Source of the DNA: an uncultured Gammaproteobacteria bacterium
GTDB lineage: Bacteria > Patescibacteriota > Microgenomatia > UBA8517
NCBI GenBank assembly: GCA_964502815.1
Contig: CAZCXV010000001.1
Span: 7,907 to 71,906 of the forward strand
Reading direction: 5' to 3'
DNA: 64,000 nt
The number at the start of each line of letters is the position of its first letter. The stretch's first letter is position 1. The position numbers and the translations under genes were made by a program. The notes under the pieces were generated by a model, which saw only the letters and a program-made list of their open reading frames with translations, was not told the DNA's origin and ran no database searches. Shown here piece after piece: positions 24,742 to 33,262 of the stretch.

Positions 24742-25821
24742 TTAACGCCTACTTTCGAGATATACGGTTAATGTCATTTCCGCAGCCTTTTTCCAGCTAA
24801 AACGACTTGCTCTGGCCGTTGCTTTATCTATTAGACTCTTTCGCCTTCTTAACCCAGTCTTAATACCTTCGGAAATTGATTCTATTTCATATGGGTCAAC
24901 TAAGATTGCAGCATCCCCTGCTACCTCCGGCATACCAGAAGTATTTGAAGTAACAACTGGCACTCCAGCATTAAAAGCTTCAAGTATAGGAAGGCCAAAA
25001 CCTTCATATAAAGATGGGTAAACCATAAGTGTTGCGCCAGTTACTAGCGACCTGAATTCTTCATCTGTTACCCGTCCAGTAAAACGAATATTTCTTAAAT
25101 CCTTAAATTTTTCAACTGACCTACCGATCAGGACGAGTTTCAAGTCTTGACCTGCTGCCGCTTTTTCAAAAGCTTCAATAAGTCTGGTGGTATTTTTTCG
25201 CTGACCAACTCCTACTGTAACCAGATAATCGCCGTCAATGTTGTATTTTTTCTTTACTTGCCTAATTTCTTCCATCCCCGCTTTTTTAGTTATAATACTG
25301 GCCGCTTCTGGAATAACCCTAATTTTTTCTTCCTTGATGCCAAAGTCAATCAAGTCTTCCTGAGTTGCAAGTGAAGGAACAATTACCCTATCGACTTCTT
25401 TTTTCACCCAAGTAAGTCTTGCCTTGTGAGCCGAAACAATTCTTGGGTGAGTAAGTCTAGGAAATCTGAGTGGAGCCAAATCATGCACTGTAGTTACTTT
25501 AAAAGCTTTAGAAGGTGGTTGGGTCCAATCTGAAGAATGGAGAACGTCAACCTTGCCAATTAAGCGTTCAATCGGAAGTGTGTGTAGTCTATTCCACAAG
25601 AAATCTGCCAGGGTTGGGGCAATGGGGAAAACTTTAGTTTGACATTTTCCTTGAAATTGACCCAGCAAATTTTTTAATTCTCTTCCTCTTCTCAAAGATC
25701 CACCAAAAAGCAGATAATCGTTTTGTTGGTCAATTTCCAGCAATGCCTTAATTAGGTCTCTGGTGTAGACGGAAACGCCAGTGCCATACAGTAAGGCCGA
25801 GGTATCAATTGCGATTTTCAT
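24742..25821 (-). CDS. Glycosyltransferase family 4
   Basis: YEGFGLPILEAFNAGVPVVTSNTSGMPEVAGDAAILVDP. Confidence 0.85.
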   Translation of the reverse strand: MKIAIDTSALLYGTGVSVYTRDLIKALLEIDQQNDYLLFGGSLRRGRELKNLLGQFQGKCQTKVFPIAPTLADFLWNRLHTLPIERLIGKVDVLHSSDWTQPPSKAFKVTTVHDLAPLRFPRLTHPRIVSAHKARLTWVKKEVDRVIVPSLATQEDLIDFGIKEEKIRVIPEAASIITKKAGMEEIRQVKKKYNIDGDYLVTVGVGQRKNTTRLIEAFEKAAAGQDLKLVLIGRSVEKFKDLRNIRFTGRVTDEEFRSLVTGATLMVYPSLYEGFGLPILEAFNAGVPVVTSNTSGMPEVAGDAAILVDPYEIESISEGIKTGLRRRKSLIDKATARASRFSWKKAAEMTLTVYLESRR

Positions 25822-27193
25822 ATTGCCAAATAATTACTCCTTTAAAATCCTTTTCAAGGATCTTATTATACCCCTTCTCTTCAAGCTTTTTCCTGGCCAA
25901 ATCTGCAGGATCTGAAATATCCTGAACATATCTAACTAAGTAAACTATTTCATGGTCTTCTATCTCTTCTGACCTAATTACTTGCAAACCATCTTTGGCA
26001 TAATATTTAAAAGCTTCCTGCTGGGAATCTGCCGGAAAGACAACTGCAGTTTTTTTGTCTCTGGAAGCATCCAGAATAAAGTCTACTGCACTTCTCCAGT
26101 CCTCCCGGTGATATCTGTCATTTAAGAGGTATGTTAATGAAAATGTAATGTTTAAGGCGATTAGAATGAGAAACAGTATTGGAAAAACCGCCTCCTTCAC
26201 TTTCGTTAGTCCAATGGCTATTAGAAGATAGAAAGCAGGTAGGACAAAAATTAACCTAAAATAACTAAAGACTGAAACTTTAAAACCTAAAAGAAATGCT
26301 AAAGTTATTGGCACTAAAAGCCACAACCAGAAAAGCAGGTCTTTTTTGACAGCTTTAACACTCTTGGCATTTTGCAGAATTGCATAGCCAAAAGAAGCGG
26401 CTGCAAAAACTACAACCAAGGCATAGGAAAATTTGTTTGTAAAACTAAGTCTACCTATCAAAAACTTAGTTGGCACAAGTAGGAGTTCTTTCAAATTGGA
26501 TTTACCAAGAACTTGCCACCAAGCTTGAGAACTTGCTTGAACACTCAAGCCAGCACTAAGCTGGTGGGCAAAAGTTGGCGCCCAGACCGCAAAACCTATA
26601 GCCAAGGGAAAGTGGCTTAAAATTAGCTTGCCAAACCAAGGCAATTTTTTCTGATTAAATATCCCATACAACCAGAAAACAGGAATAATTAGTAGGGGTA
26701 AATAGTCGGTCGCGCCAACGAGCAAAAGTGCCAGGCTAAATAAGAGCCAATGAACAAATTTTTCTTTTTGGATGTTTTTTGCGAACAAAAAAACCGCCAA
26801 GGTTACCAAAAAAGTTTGCATCGAGTACATCCTGGCTTCCTGGGCGTAATAGATTAGAAGAGGCGCTGTAGCAGTAAGCAAAGCCGCTGCAATAGCCACA
26901 GTTTTGTCTTTATATAGTTTGCTTATCTGGTAAACCAATAGTATTGTTGCCAGCGAGAAAACAATTGACAGTGACCTGGCAGAAATTTCAGTTACACCGA
27001 AAGGAAGTGTCCAAACCTTTAAAGCTAAATAGTAAAGTGGCGGGTGAAAATCCCCTGGAGAAAATTTTGTTAGAATATCCAAAAAAGAAAAGTTCTTGGC
27101 AACTGTTGCCGAGGTTGCTTCATCCAACCAAAAAGATTGGTTTAGAGAAATTACTCTTAAGATAAGTCCGAGAAATAAAATTAGGTAAATCAT
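25805..27193 (-). CDS. Polytopic membrane glycosyltransferase, GT39/GT83 ArnT/PMT_2-like
   Basis: N-terminal signature LNQSFWLDEATSA...GDFHPPLYYLALKVW (DE..a and hPPLyy motifs). Many TM helices follow. Confidence 0.8.
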   Translation of the reverse strand: MIYLILFLGLILRVISLNQSFWLDEATSATVAKNFSFLDILTKFSPGDFHPPLYYLALKVWTLPFGVTEISARSLSIVFSLATILLVYQISKLYKDKTVAIAAALLTATAPLLIYYAQEARMYSMQTFLVTLAVFLFAKNIQKEKFVHWLLFSLALLLVGATDYLPLLIIPVFWLYGIFNQKKLPWFGKLILSHFPLAIGFAVWAPTFAHQLSAGLSVQASSQAWWQVLGKSNLKELLLVPTKFLIGRLSFTNKFSYALVVVFAAASFGYAILQNAKSVKAVKKDLLFWLWLLVPITLAFLLGFKVSVFSYFRLIFVLPAFYLLIAIGLTKVKEAVFPILFLILIALNITFSLTYLLNDRYHREDWRSAVDFILDASRDKKTAVVFPADSQQEAFKYYAKDGLQVIRSEEIEDHEIVYLVRYVQDISDPADLARKKLEEKGYNKILEKDFKGVIIWQYENRN

Positions 27194-28032
27194 TTGGAAA
27201 CTTTTGCCTGTAGGCTATATTCCATTATACCCAAAAAGCTGCCCATGTCTGAGATAATTTTGAAGGGCAGAAATGCAGGGAGGCTATAACTAAGTGCCAA
27301 TAAGATTCCCAAGACAAGAGAAGCAGGCAAACTTACCCTCACTAAAGCAATGAATGTTCCCAAAATACCCAGCTTATATTTTCTTTTAGCCATCCATTTA
27401 GATTGCGCAAAAACTTCCCTATAGGTGTCTGGGTTTTTGTGATAAAAAATGGCCCCTGGAGCATTAATTGCCATAACATTAAGTTTGTCAAAAAGAGAAT
27501 AATCGTCGGTGTAGCCCGCTTTCTCGTCAAAGCCACCTACTTTATCGAATTCCTTTGTTAAAATTGCCCGATATACTTTTTGTTGGTCTGGATAATTACT
27601 TGGATGCATTCTATCTTTCGGCAGTCTCCTATTTAAATTCCAGGCTACTGCTAGAGGATTGTCTTTATTTTCCAAATACTCTTCTTTGGAAAAAGTGCCA
27701 ATTATTTTCCCCTTTGTTATTGGTTCAATTAATTTTTTCAAAAAACCTTTGTCAAGAGTCATATCTGCATCTACAAAAACCAATATATCTCCCCGTGCTT
27801 GACTTGCTCCCAGGTTTCTAGCAGCTCCCGCTCCTTTATGACTTTGTTTAAAAATTATTAATTTCTTTCCCTGCAGGGTCTGACCCTGCAGGATAGATAA
27901 AGTGGAGTCTGTTGAACCATCATCAACAAAGATTATTTCAAAATCTGCAAGCGTTTGCTTACTCAAAGACTTCAAACAATTAAGGATTACTTTTTCTTCA
28001 TTGTAGATAGGAATAATAACTGAGACTTTCAT
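27190..28032 (-). CDS. Glycosyltransferase family 2 with C-terminal TM segments; carries one in-frame copy of the 23-bp palindrome
   Basis: MKVSVIIPIYNEEKVILNCLKSLSKQT...FEIIFVDDGSTDST. The palindrome encodes ILQGQTLQG. Confidence 0.85.
   Translation of the reverse strand: MKVSVIIPIYNEEKVILNCLKSLSKQTLADFEIIFVDDGSTDSTLSILQGQTLQGKKLIIFKQSHKGAGAARNLGASQARGDILVFVDADMTLDKGFLKKLIEPITKGKIIGTFSKEEYLENKDNPLAVAWNLNRRLPKDRMHPSNYPDQQKVYRAILTKEFDKVGGFDEKAGYTDDYSLFDKLNVMAINAPGAIFYHKNPDTYREVFAQSKWMAKRKYKLGILGTFIALVRVSLPASLVLGILLALSYSLPAFLPFKIISDMGSFLGIMEYSLQAKVSK
27870..27892. repeat. 23-bp perfect hairpin palindrome CCTGCAGGGT-CTG-ACCCTGCAGG in frame inside GT2 gene 27190..28032 (copy 2 of 3)
   Basis: Arms 10/10 complementary. 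The loop differs from copy 1 by one base. Confidence 0.85.
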
Positions 28033-29063
28033 AGCATTAAGTTTCTAAACAACTCTTCATACTGTCTTGCAATTTTTTCCCAGTCAAACTTTTCAGCTTG
28101 TCTTCTGGGTTTTTCTGCCCATTTAATACTCAAGGCCTTTTTTAAAGCTTCAGCCAGTTCTTGAGAATTCTCTGGATTCTTGGTCAAGACGCCAGCGTCT
28201 CCGACAATCTCTCTCCTTTGTTCATCGTCTCTGGCTACAACTGGAAGTCCTGAGGCCATAGCTTCGGCGTAAACAATGCCAAAAGCTTCGCTTTCATCAG
28301 AAGTCAGGACAAAAACATCGGCACAGCCATACACTCCAGGCATTTGCTCGTGAGGAAAAGTTTTGAGATCGAATCTATCTTTCAATAAGCTTCTTCCAAG
28401 AAAATTTATCTCCTCTCTCAAATAACCATCTCCTATTACCAATAAACTAGCATTTTCCATTTCTTTAACCGCCTTAATTACCAAATCAATATTCTTACTT
28501 TTAGTCAAAGCCGAGACACACAAGACTATAGGTTTAGGTAAACTTAAACTATGGGCTGTACATTGGGGGTTAAACTTTTTTAGGTCCACTCCGTTCGGAA
28601 TATACATTGACTTGACCAAAGGGTTGACCTTCCTGGCCCAAGCTGAGGCTTTAGAAGAAATACCTACAAATACGTTTGGAAAAGTAAGAATATTAAATCG
28701 GTCATCCCAGCCAATACCTGATTGGCCTGAGATTATCACTTTTCCTCCATAGACCCAAGTTATAAGTCTCACAATAACAGACTGCCAACCTCCATTTAGA
28801 GGAATGAGAATATCGTATTTCTTTCGCCAAATAATAGGTATTTGTCTAAGAGTAAAAAGAAAAATTGCCAAACCAGTTGGATCCAAAAAAAATCTCCACA
28901 AAATTGGCCATCTGGCAAAAGCCGATTTACCCCCTGCAATTACTTCAACATCGTATTTTTGGGAAAGCCTCACTGAAAGTTCCTCTATAAAAGTCTCTGC
29001 ACCCCTACCCACTCTCCCTTGATAAATATTCAAGAAGGCTATTTTTAGTCTTTTTTGATCCAT
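28029..29063 (-). CDS. Glycosyltransferase family 4
   Basis: GT-B architecture. SDESEAFGIVYAEAMASGLPVVARDDEQRREIVGDAGVL. Confidence 0.8.
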   Translation of the reverse strand: MDQKRLKIAFLNIYQGRVGRGAETFIEELSVRLSQKYDVEVIAGGKSAFARWPILWRFFLDPTGLAIFLFTLRQIPIIWRKKYDILIPLNGGWQSVIVRLITWVYGGKVIISGQSGIGWDDRFNILTFPNVFVGISSKASAWARKVNPLVKSMYIPNGVDLKKFNPQCTAHSLSLPKPIVLCVSALTKSKNIDLVIKAVKEMENASLLVIGDGYLREEINFLGRSLLKDRFDLKTFPHEQMPGVYGCADVFVLTSDESEAFGIVYAEAMASGLPVVARDDEQRREIVGDAGVLTKNPENSQELAEALKKALSIKWAEKPRRQAEKFDWEKIARQYEELFRNLML

Positions 29064-30412
29064 TCACTAACATTATCGCTTACTTTCTCATTAAAAGTAT
29101 AGTTTTCAACTATCCAATCGATTATCTCTTTTGGTTGATAACTAGCAAGATTATACCAATTGCCCTGTTGGGGAGTTTGCCAGTAAATATAGTCTGGTGG
29201 ATTTTCTCCCCACTTTGAAATTATTTTCTCCTGCATGCCTGGAATTTCTAAGTACCAGCCAAAATTATCAGTCCAAGGCTTGGAAGGAAGGGAATTTGAA
29301 TAGGCATACAGTCCTGAGTGCGGGCCAAGCAAATACAAGCTTTTGCCTTTAAGTTTCTGTGCCAAATTAATATCGGTCTTACCCCAAAATCTGGCTTCTT
29401 TTTGCCAATTTACTGAAACTATTGGTCTGACAATAACAATGCCTACAGCCAAACCCACAAATAGAAAAATTCTAAGCTGGCTAAGTTTTTTATTATAAAA
29501 ACTCAGTAGGTAGCCAAAAATAATTGCAATTAAAGCTATTGCCAGTTGGAAATGAAAAAAAGAGAATCTAGGATAGACCATAATGAAAGAAACCAACAAA
29601 AAGCTAAATAATAATGCAAACTTGGTATCTTTCAATATACTGATTTTCCTTAATGTCAATAATAGTATTGGGCCAAGAAGAGTCATGAGAATTCTCCTTT
29701 GACCAGTGTCTAGATTCATTTGTACATAATCTGGATATTTACTCCAGAAAGTAAAAGGGTAAACCAAATTCCAATTAAGAAAATCTAAAAACTGATTTGT
29801 GGTAAAAAGCCAAGCCAAAAAACCCAAACCCAAAATTAATCCTGGAGCTAAAAAGTGAGCTAGGCTTTTAAGTTTTCTGTCTCGATATATTATATATAGT
29901 ATTGCTACTATCACACAAAGGACAGTTGTTTGTTTGATAAATACAGCTAAAGTGAAAAACAGGCCAGCTAAGATGGTGTTTTTAATAGTTTTATCTGCTA
30001 ACAAAAAATAAATTCCTGCAAGTATTGGTGTAACAATAGCCAGATCAAACCACAACATGTTGCCCTCCAAGAACGGCTGGACTAAGACATATAAAACAAC
30101 CGAGGCTAAGGCTGCACTGTTATTCCTGGTAAGTTTATTTAAAATTAAGTAAATGAGTATGTCGTTTAAAACAAGAAGCAGCCAAGTAAATATTTTTAGA
30201 ACAATTAGCTTAGCGCCAAAAACTTTAAACACCAAAGCCAAAGTTGCAGTTAAAAGCGGTGGATATGGATGAATAAAATCTGAGTAAAGCTTAAAACCAT
30301 TATTGACTAGATATGGGTAACTGATCATTTCTGGCCAAACAGTGAATTGGAGGTTAATCAAAAAGAATAAATGCAAGCCAACGAGTAAAAATAGTAATAC
30401 AGACTTCTTCAT
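29045..30412 (-). CDS. Polytopic membrane protein, probable GT-C glycosyltransferase (PMT_2/GT39-like)
   Basis: About 12 TM helices. N-terminal LYSDFIHPYPPLLTATLALVFKVFG resembles the hPPL loop of GT39/83 enzymes. Confidence 0.55.
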   Translation of the reverse strand: MKKSVLLFLLVGLHLFFLINLQFTVWPEMISYPYLVNNGFKLYSDFIHPYPPLLTATLALVFKVFGAKLIVLKIFTWLLLVLNDILIYLILNKLTRNNSAALASVVLYVLVQPFLEGNMLWFDLAIVTPILAGIYFLLADKTIKNTILAGLFFTLAVFIKQTTVLCVIVAILYIIYRDRKLKSLAHFLAPGLILGLGFLAWLFTTNQFLDFLNWNLVYPFTFWSKYPDYVQMNLDTGQRRILMTLLGPILLLTLRKISILKDTKFALLFSFLLVSFIMVYPRFSFFHFQLAIALIAIIFGYLLSFYNKKLSQLRIFLFVGLAVGIVIVRPIVSVNWQKEARFWGKTDINLAQKLKGKSLYLLGPHSGLYAYSNSLPSKPWTDNFGWYLEIPGMQEKIISKWGENPPDYIYWQTPQQGNWYNLASYQPKEIIDWIVENYTFNEKVSDNVSEWIKKD

Positions 30413-31224
30413 TTTCTTCCAATCATGCTCATACTATCTCCCCTATTTAGGAGTGTTGCAATTAAATCATATGGAAAATCAAAAACTGTGGTCACAAATC
30501 TTTTCTTTAATCCAGTTAAGGATTCATGCAATTCTTCAAGTGGATTTGCAAATTCAAACATTCCCGATCTGGATTCAAAGTGCACTACTTCAAAACCGGC
30601 TTTGACAAACATTTTTGTTAGCGACTGCTTGGTAAACTGGAAATTGTGTTCAAGTGGCAAAAGGTATTGCCAATATTTTCCCAAGATTCGTGAAGCCAAA
30701 CTGTCAAAGTTTGGCACATCAATCAACAGTAGTCCACCTTTTTCGAGCAAGCTGTGGGCTTTCTTTAACACCAAAAGGGGGTTTTCTAAATGCTCTAGCG
30801 TGTGATTCATGACAATAAGATCAAATTTGGTTCGGAAGTTGACCTTTTCAAATACCGTCTGAAAAACTTTGTGACCTTTGTCTATTGCAAACTCGGCATT
30901 TTCAGAAGGTTCAACTCCCCAAGTTTCGAAGCCTTCACTTTTGAAAATATCAAGCATTACTCCATTTGAACAACCAATTTCTAAAACCTTGCCTGCCCTC
31001 TCGATATATTTTTTTATGATATTTACTCTTTTTTGGAAAATATTTTTGAAATGTTGCTCCAATTTTTTATAATCTTCATCCCGGTGGTAAAAATCATAAC
31101 TCACGTTTTCTACTTCTCTGTCTATTTTTACCAAGCCACATTTTTTGCATTTCAAGGCTTTCCAATTCTTGCCTTGAAACAATTCCTGAAAGTTACTACT
31201 GTTACACAAAATACATTTTGTCAT
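30409..31224 (-). CDS. Class I SAM-dependent methyltransferase with N-terminal CxxC...CxxC zinc ribbon
   Basis: CILCNSSNF...CKKCGL zinc ribbon, then VLEIGCSNGVMLD (motif I) and LIVMNHTLEHL. Confidence 0.8.
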   Translation of the reverse strand: MTKCILCNSSNFQELFQGKNWKALKCKKCGLVKIDREVENVSYDFYHRDEDYKKLEQHFKNIFQKRVNIIKKYIERAGKVLEIGCSNGVMLDIFKSEGFETWGVEPSENAEFAIDKGHKVFQTVFEKVNFRTKFDLIVMNHTLEHLENPLLVLKKAHSLLEKGGLLLIDVPNFDSLASRILGKYWQYLLPLEHNFQFTKQSLTKMFVKAGFEVVHFESRSGMFEFANPLEELHESLTGLKKRFVTTVFDFPYDLIATLLNRGDSMSMIGRK

Positions 31225-31991
31225 ATAATCCTTCTTTTCATTTTCTTAATTGGTGTCTGCAAAAATGCCTGTAATTTATACTGCCAGATCATTGGTTTCC
31301 AAGGATTTAATATTAATTCTGGCTTATCAACAAAAAATACTTCTGGATAGAAATAATCCAGGGGCAACTGGTTTCCAATTTCATACTTAATCTTTCGTTC
31401 GACTTTGACTGATCTTTGTAAAAAGCTTGCATGTAGGTAAAAATTGTCACTAAATGAAATTCTTTCCCTGGGAAATTCCTGTACTTTTATCCCATTTAAG
31501 ACATAAGCCTCGGTTGGATACACTCCCTGTAGGGTAAGACCCTGCAGGTTTTTAATGAAGCGGATGTTATAGTGGCCAATTCGATCATGAATTCTATACT
31601 TTCCAGACGACTTAGGCAAAATATGGTACATATCCCCAATAAGAACAGTGTTTGGGTTAATTACCAAATCAAATTTGTCACCCTCGCTTCTTATTTTTTC
31701 TGTCTGGGATTTAATTTGGTCTCGGTGCCAAATTTCATCCCCATCGTGGATAAAGATCCAGTCAGCTTCAGTTTGATCAAGCATCTTTTGTCTAACAACT
31801 GCCACATCCCCTTGCGCTCCTTTTGTCAATTTTATTTTTGGACTGTTAATCGATTCAATAATTTTCACAGTGTTATCGATGCTTTGATTATCCCAAACCA
31901 GAATTTCATCAACATAGTCAATTATCGAGTTTAGTGAGAACCAAATAAAATTCTCTTCATTTTTAACTAACATATGACAAGTTATTTTCAT
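31221..31991 (-). CDS. GT2-like nucleotide-diphospho-sugar transferase (Glyco_tranf_2_4-like); carries one in-frame degenerate copy of the palindrome
   Basis: HMLVKNEENFIWFSLNSIIDYVDEILVWDNQSIDNT...DWIFIHDGDE. The palindrome encodes NLQGLTLQG. Confidence 0.6.
   Translation of the reverse strand: MKITCHMLVKNEENFIWFSLNSIIDYVDEILVWDNQSIDNTVKIIESINSPKIKLTKGAQGDVAVVRQKMLDQTEADWIFIHDGDEIWHRDQIKSQTEKIRSEGDKFDLVINPNTVLIGDMYHILPKSSGKYRIHDRIGHYNIRFIKNLQGLTLQGVYPTEAYVLNGIKVQEFPRERISFSDNFYLHASFLQRSVKVERKIKYEIGNQLPLDYFYPEVFFVDKPELILNPWKPMIWQYKLQAFLQTPIKKMKRRII
31526..31548. repeat. 23-bp hairpin palindrome CCTGTAGGGT-AAG-ACCCTGCAGG (one arm mismatch) in frame inside gene 31221..31991 (copy 3 of 3)
   Basis: 9 of 10 arm positions complementary. 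Divergent loop. Confidence 0.8.
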
Positions 31992-33262
31992 TGTTTTATC
32001 TTCTTAAATCTACTTAATACCCAAATTGCTGGAATTACAAAGTTTGAGAGGTTTCCAACTAATACTGTCACACTTGCCCCCATATAACCAAACCTAGAAA
32101 TAAGTATCCACCCAAGACCACCAATTATTAGCAAATGCACTAGACTTATCCAAATGAAAAGAGATGGTTTGGAAAAATAGTAAAAAACTGCAGTGTGAGC
32201 AGGGATAGAGATTAAAAATACTGCTTGAGCAATAAGTAAAACAATAAAAGGCTTGACTGCTTGCGCAAATTCACTTCCAAAAAAGTTGGGTATCACCAGA
32301 TAGGCCAAAGGAATTCCGATTACAATTTCAACAAGCCCTAAAATTACTACAAAGACCTGGAGCTTATTTAAATATTTGATTACCTTCTTTTTAGAATCAA
32401 AAGCCGCAAGTTTTGGAGCAACAACCGTTGCAATCCCCGCGACAATTTGTGAGCCAACAGCCGCCAAAGACACAGCTGCCGAATAAATGCCAACTTCACG
32501 AAGAGTCAATATTTTAGCGGAAAGATAAGTATCAAGTCGTCCAGAAATCGCAGCTATTAAAATAAATAGCGCTACCCATTTATTATAGTGCATAAATTCC
32601 TTTGCAACTTCGTGGCTTCTTTCTACTTTAAGATAATTTGGCAGGAAAAATGATCCAACTATAAAACCAATAAATGGAAAAAGAACATATATCTGGAGCG
32701 AACTCTCAGTATTAAGGTTGCCTAGAAAAAACAAAATTACTATACCAATAAGCCGTATGGCATTTAAACAGATGTTTAAAACTCCCCAAACTGCAAATTT
32801 TTCAAAGGCCTGAATGGCATTGGTTGTTAAGCTAAAAAGAAGTATTCCCAGTGTTCCTAAAAATGCGTATCTTAACGGATAAGCCAGTTCTGGTTTTTCC
32901 AACAGATAAGAAATCGAGGGACTTAAAAGCCAACCAAAGGCAAAAACCATTAGTCCTGCCAAAACCTTAATCTCTAATCCCAACTTAATAAACCTAAGGG
33001 CTTTATTTAGATTTTTCGCCCGATATTTGCCGACAAACTTAATTATGCCAGTATCTGTTCCGACATTTGCAATATCAGCTAAAAGCGTCATCGTAACAAC
33101 TACGACTGAAAAGATGCCAAACTTTTCAGAGCCCAAAAATCTTCCAAGAAGAATGTAAAAAGCCACACCCAAAAGCCCATTTGTTACAGTTGAAGTTGAA
33201 GTAAGTATAGATTGCCTGACAGTCCTCGCCGAGAGAATATTTTTTAAAACCTCAATTTTCAT
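31988..33262 (-). CDS. Polysaccharide/oligosaccharide flippase, Wzx-like (MOP superfamily)
   Basis: 12-14 TM helices. The N-terminus TVRQSILTSTSTVTNGLLGVAFYILLGRFLGSEKFGIFSVV is typical of Polysacc_synt. Confidence 0.8.
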   Translation of the reverse strand: MKIEVLKNILSARTVRQSILTSTSTVTNGLLGVAFYILLGRFLGSEKFGIFSVVVVTMTLLADIANVGTDTGIIKFVGKYRAKNLNKALRFIKLGLEIKVLAGLMVFAFGWLLSPSISYLLEKPELAYPLRYAFLGTLGILLFSLTTNAIQAFEKFAVWGVLNICLNAIRLIGIVILFFLGNLNTESSLQIYVLFPFIGFIVGSFFLPNYLKVERSHEVAKEFMHYNKWVALFILIAAISGRLDTYLSAKILTLREVGIYSAAVSLAAVGSQIVAGIATVVAPKLAAFDSKKKVIKYLNKLQVFVVILGLVEIVIGIPLAYLVIPNFFGSEFAQAVKPFIVLLIAQAVFLISIPAHTAVFYYFSKPSLFIWISLVHLLIIGGLGWILISRFGYMGASVTVLVGNLSNFVIPAIWVLSRFKKIKQ

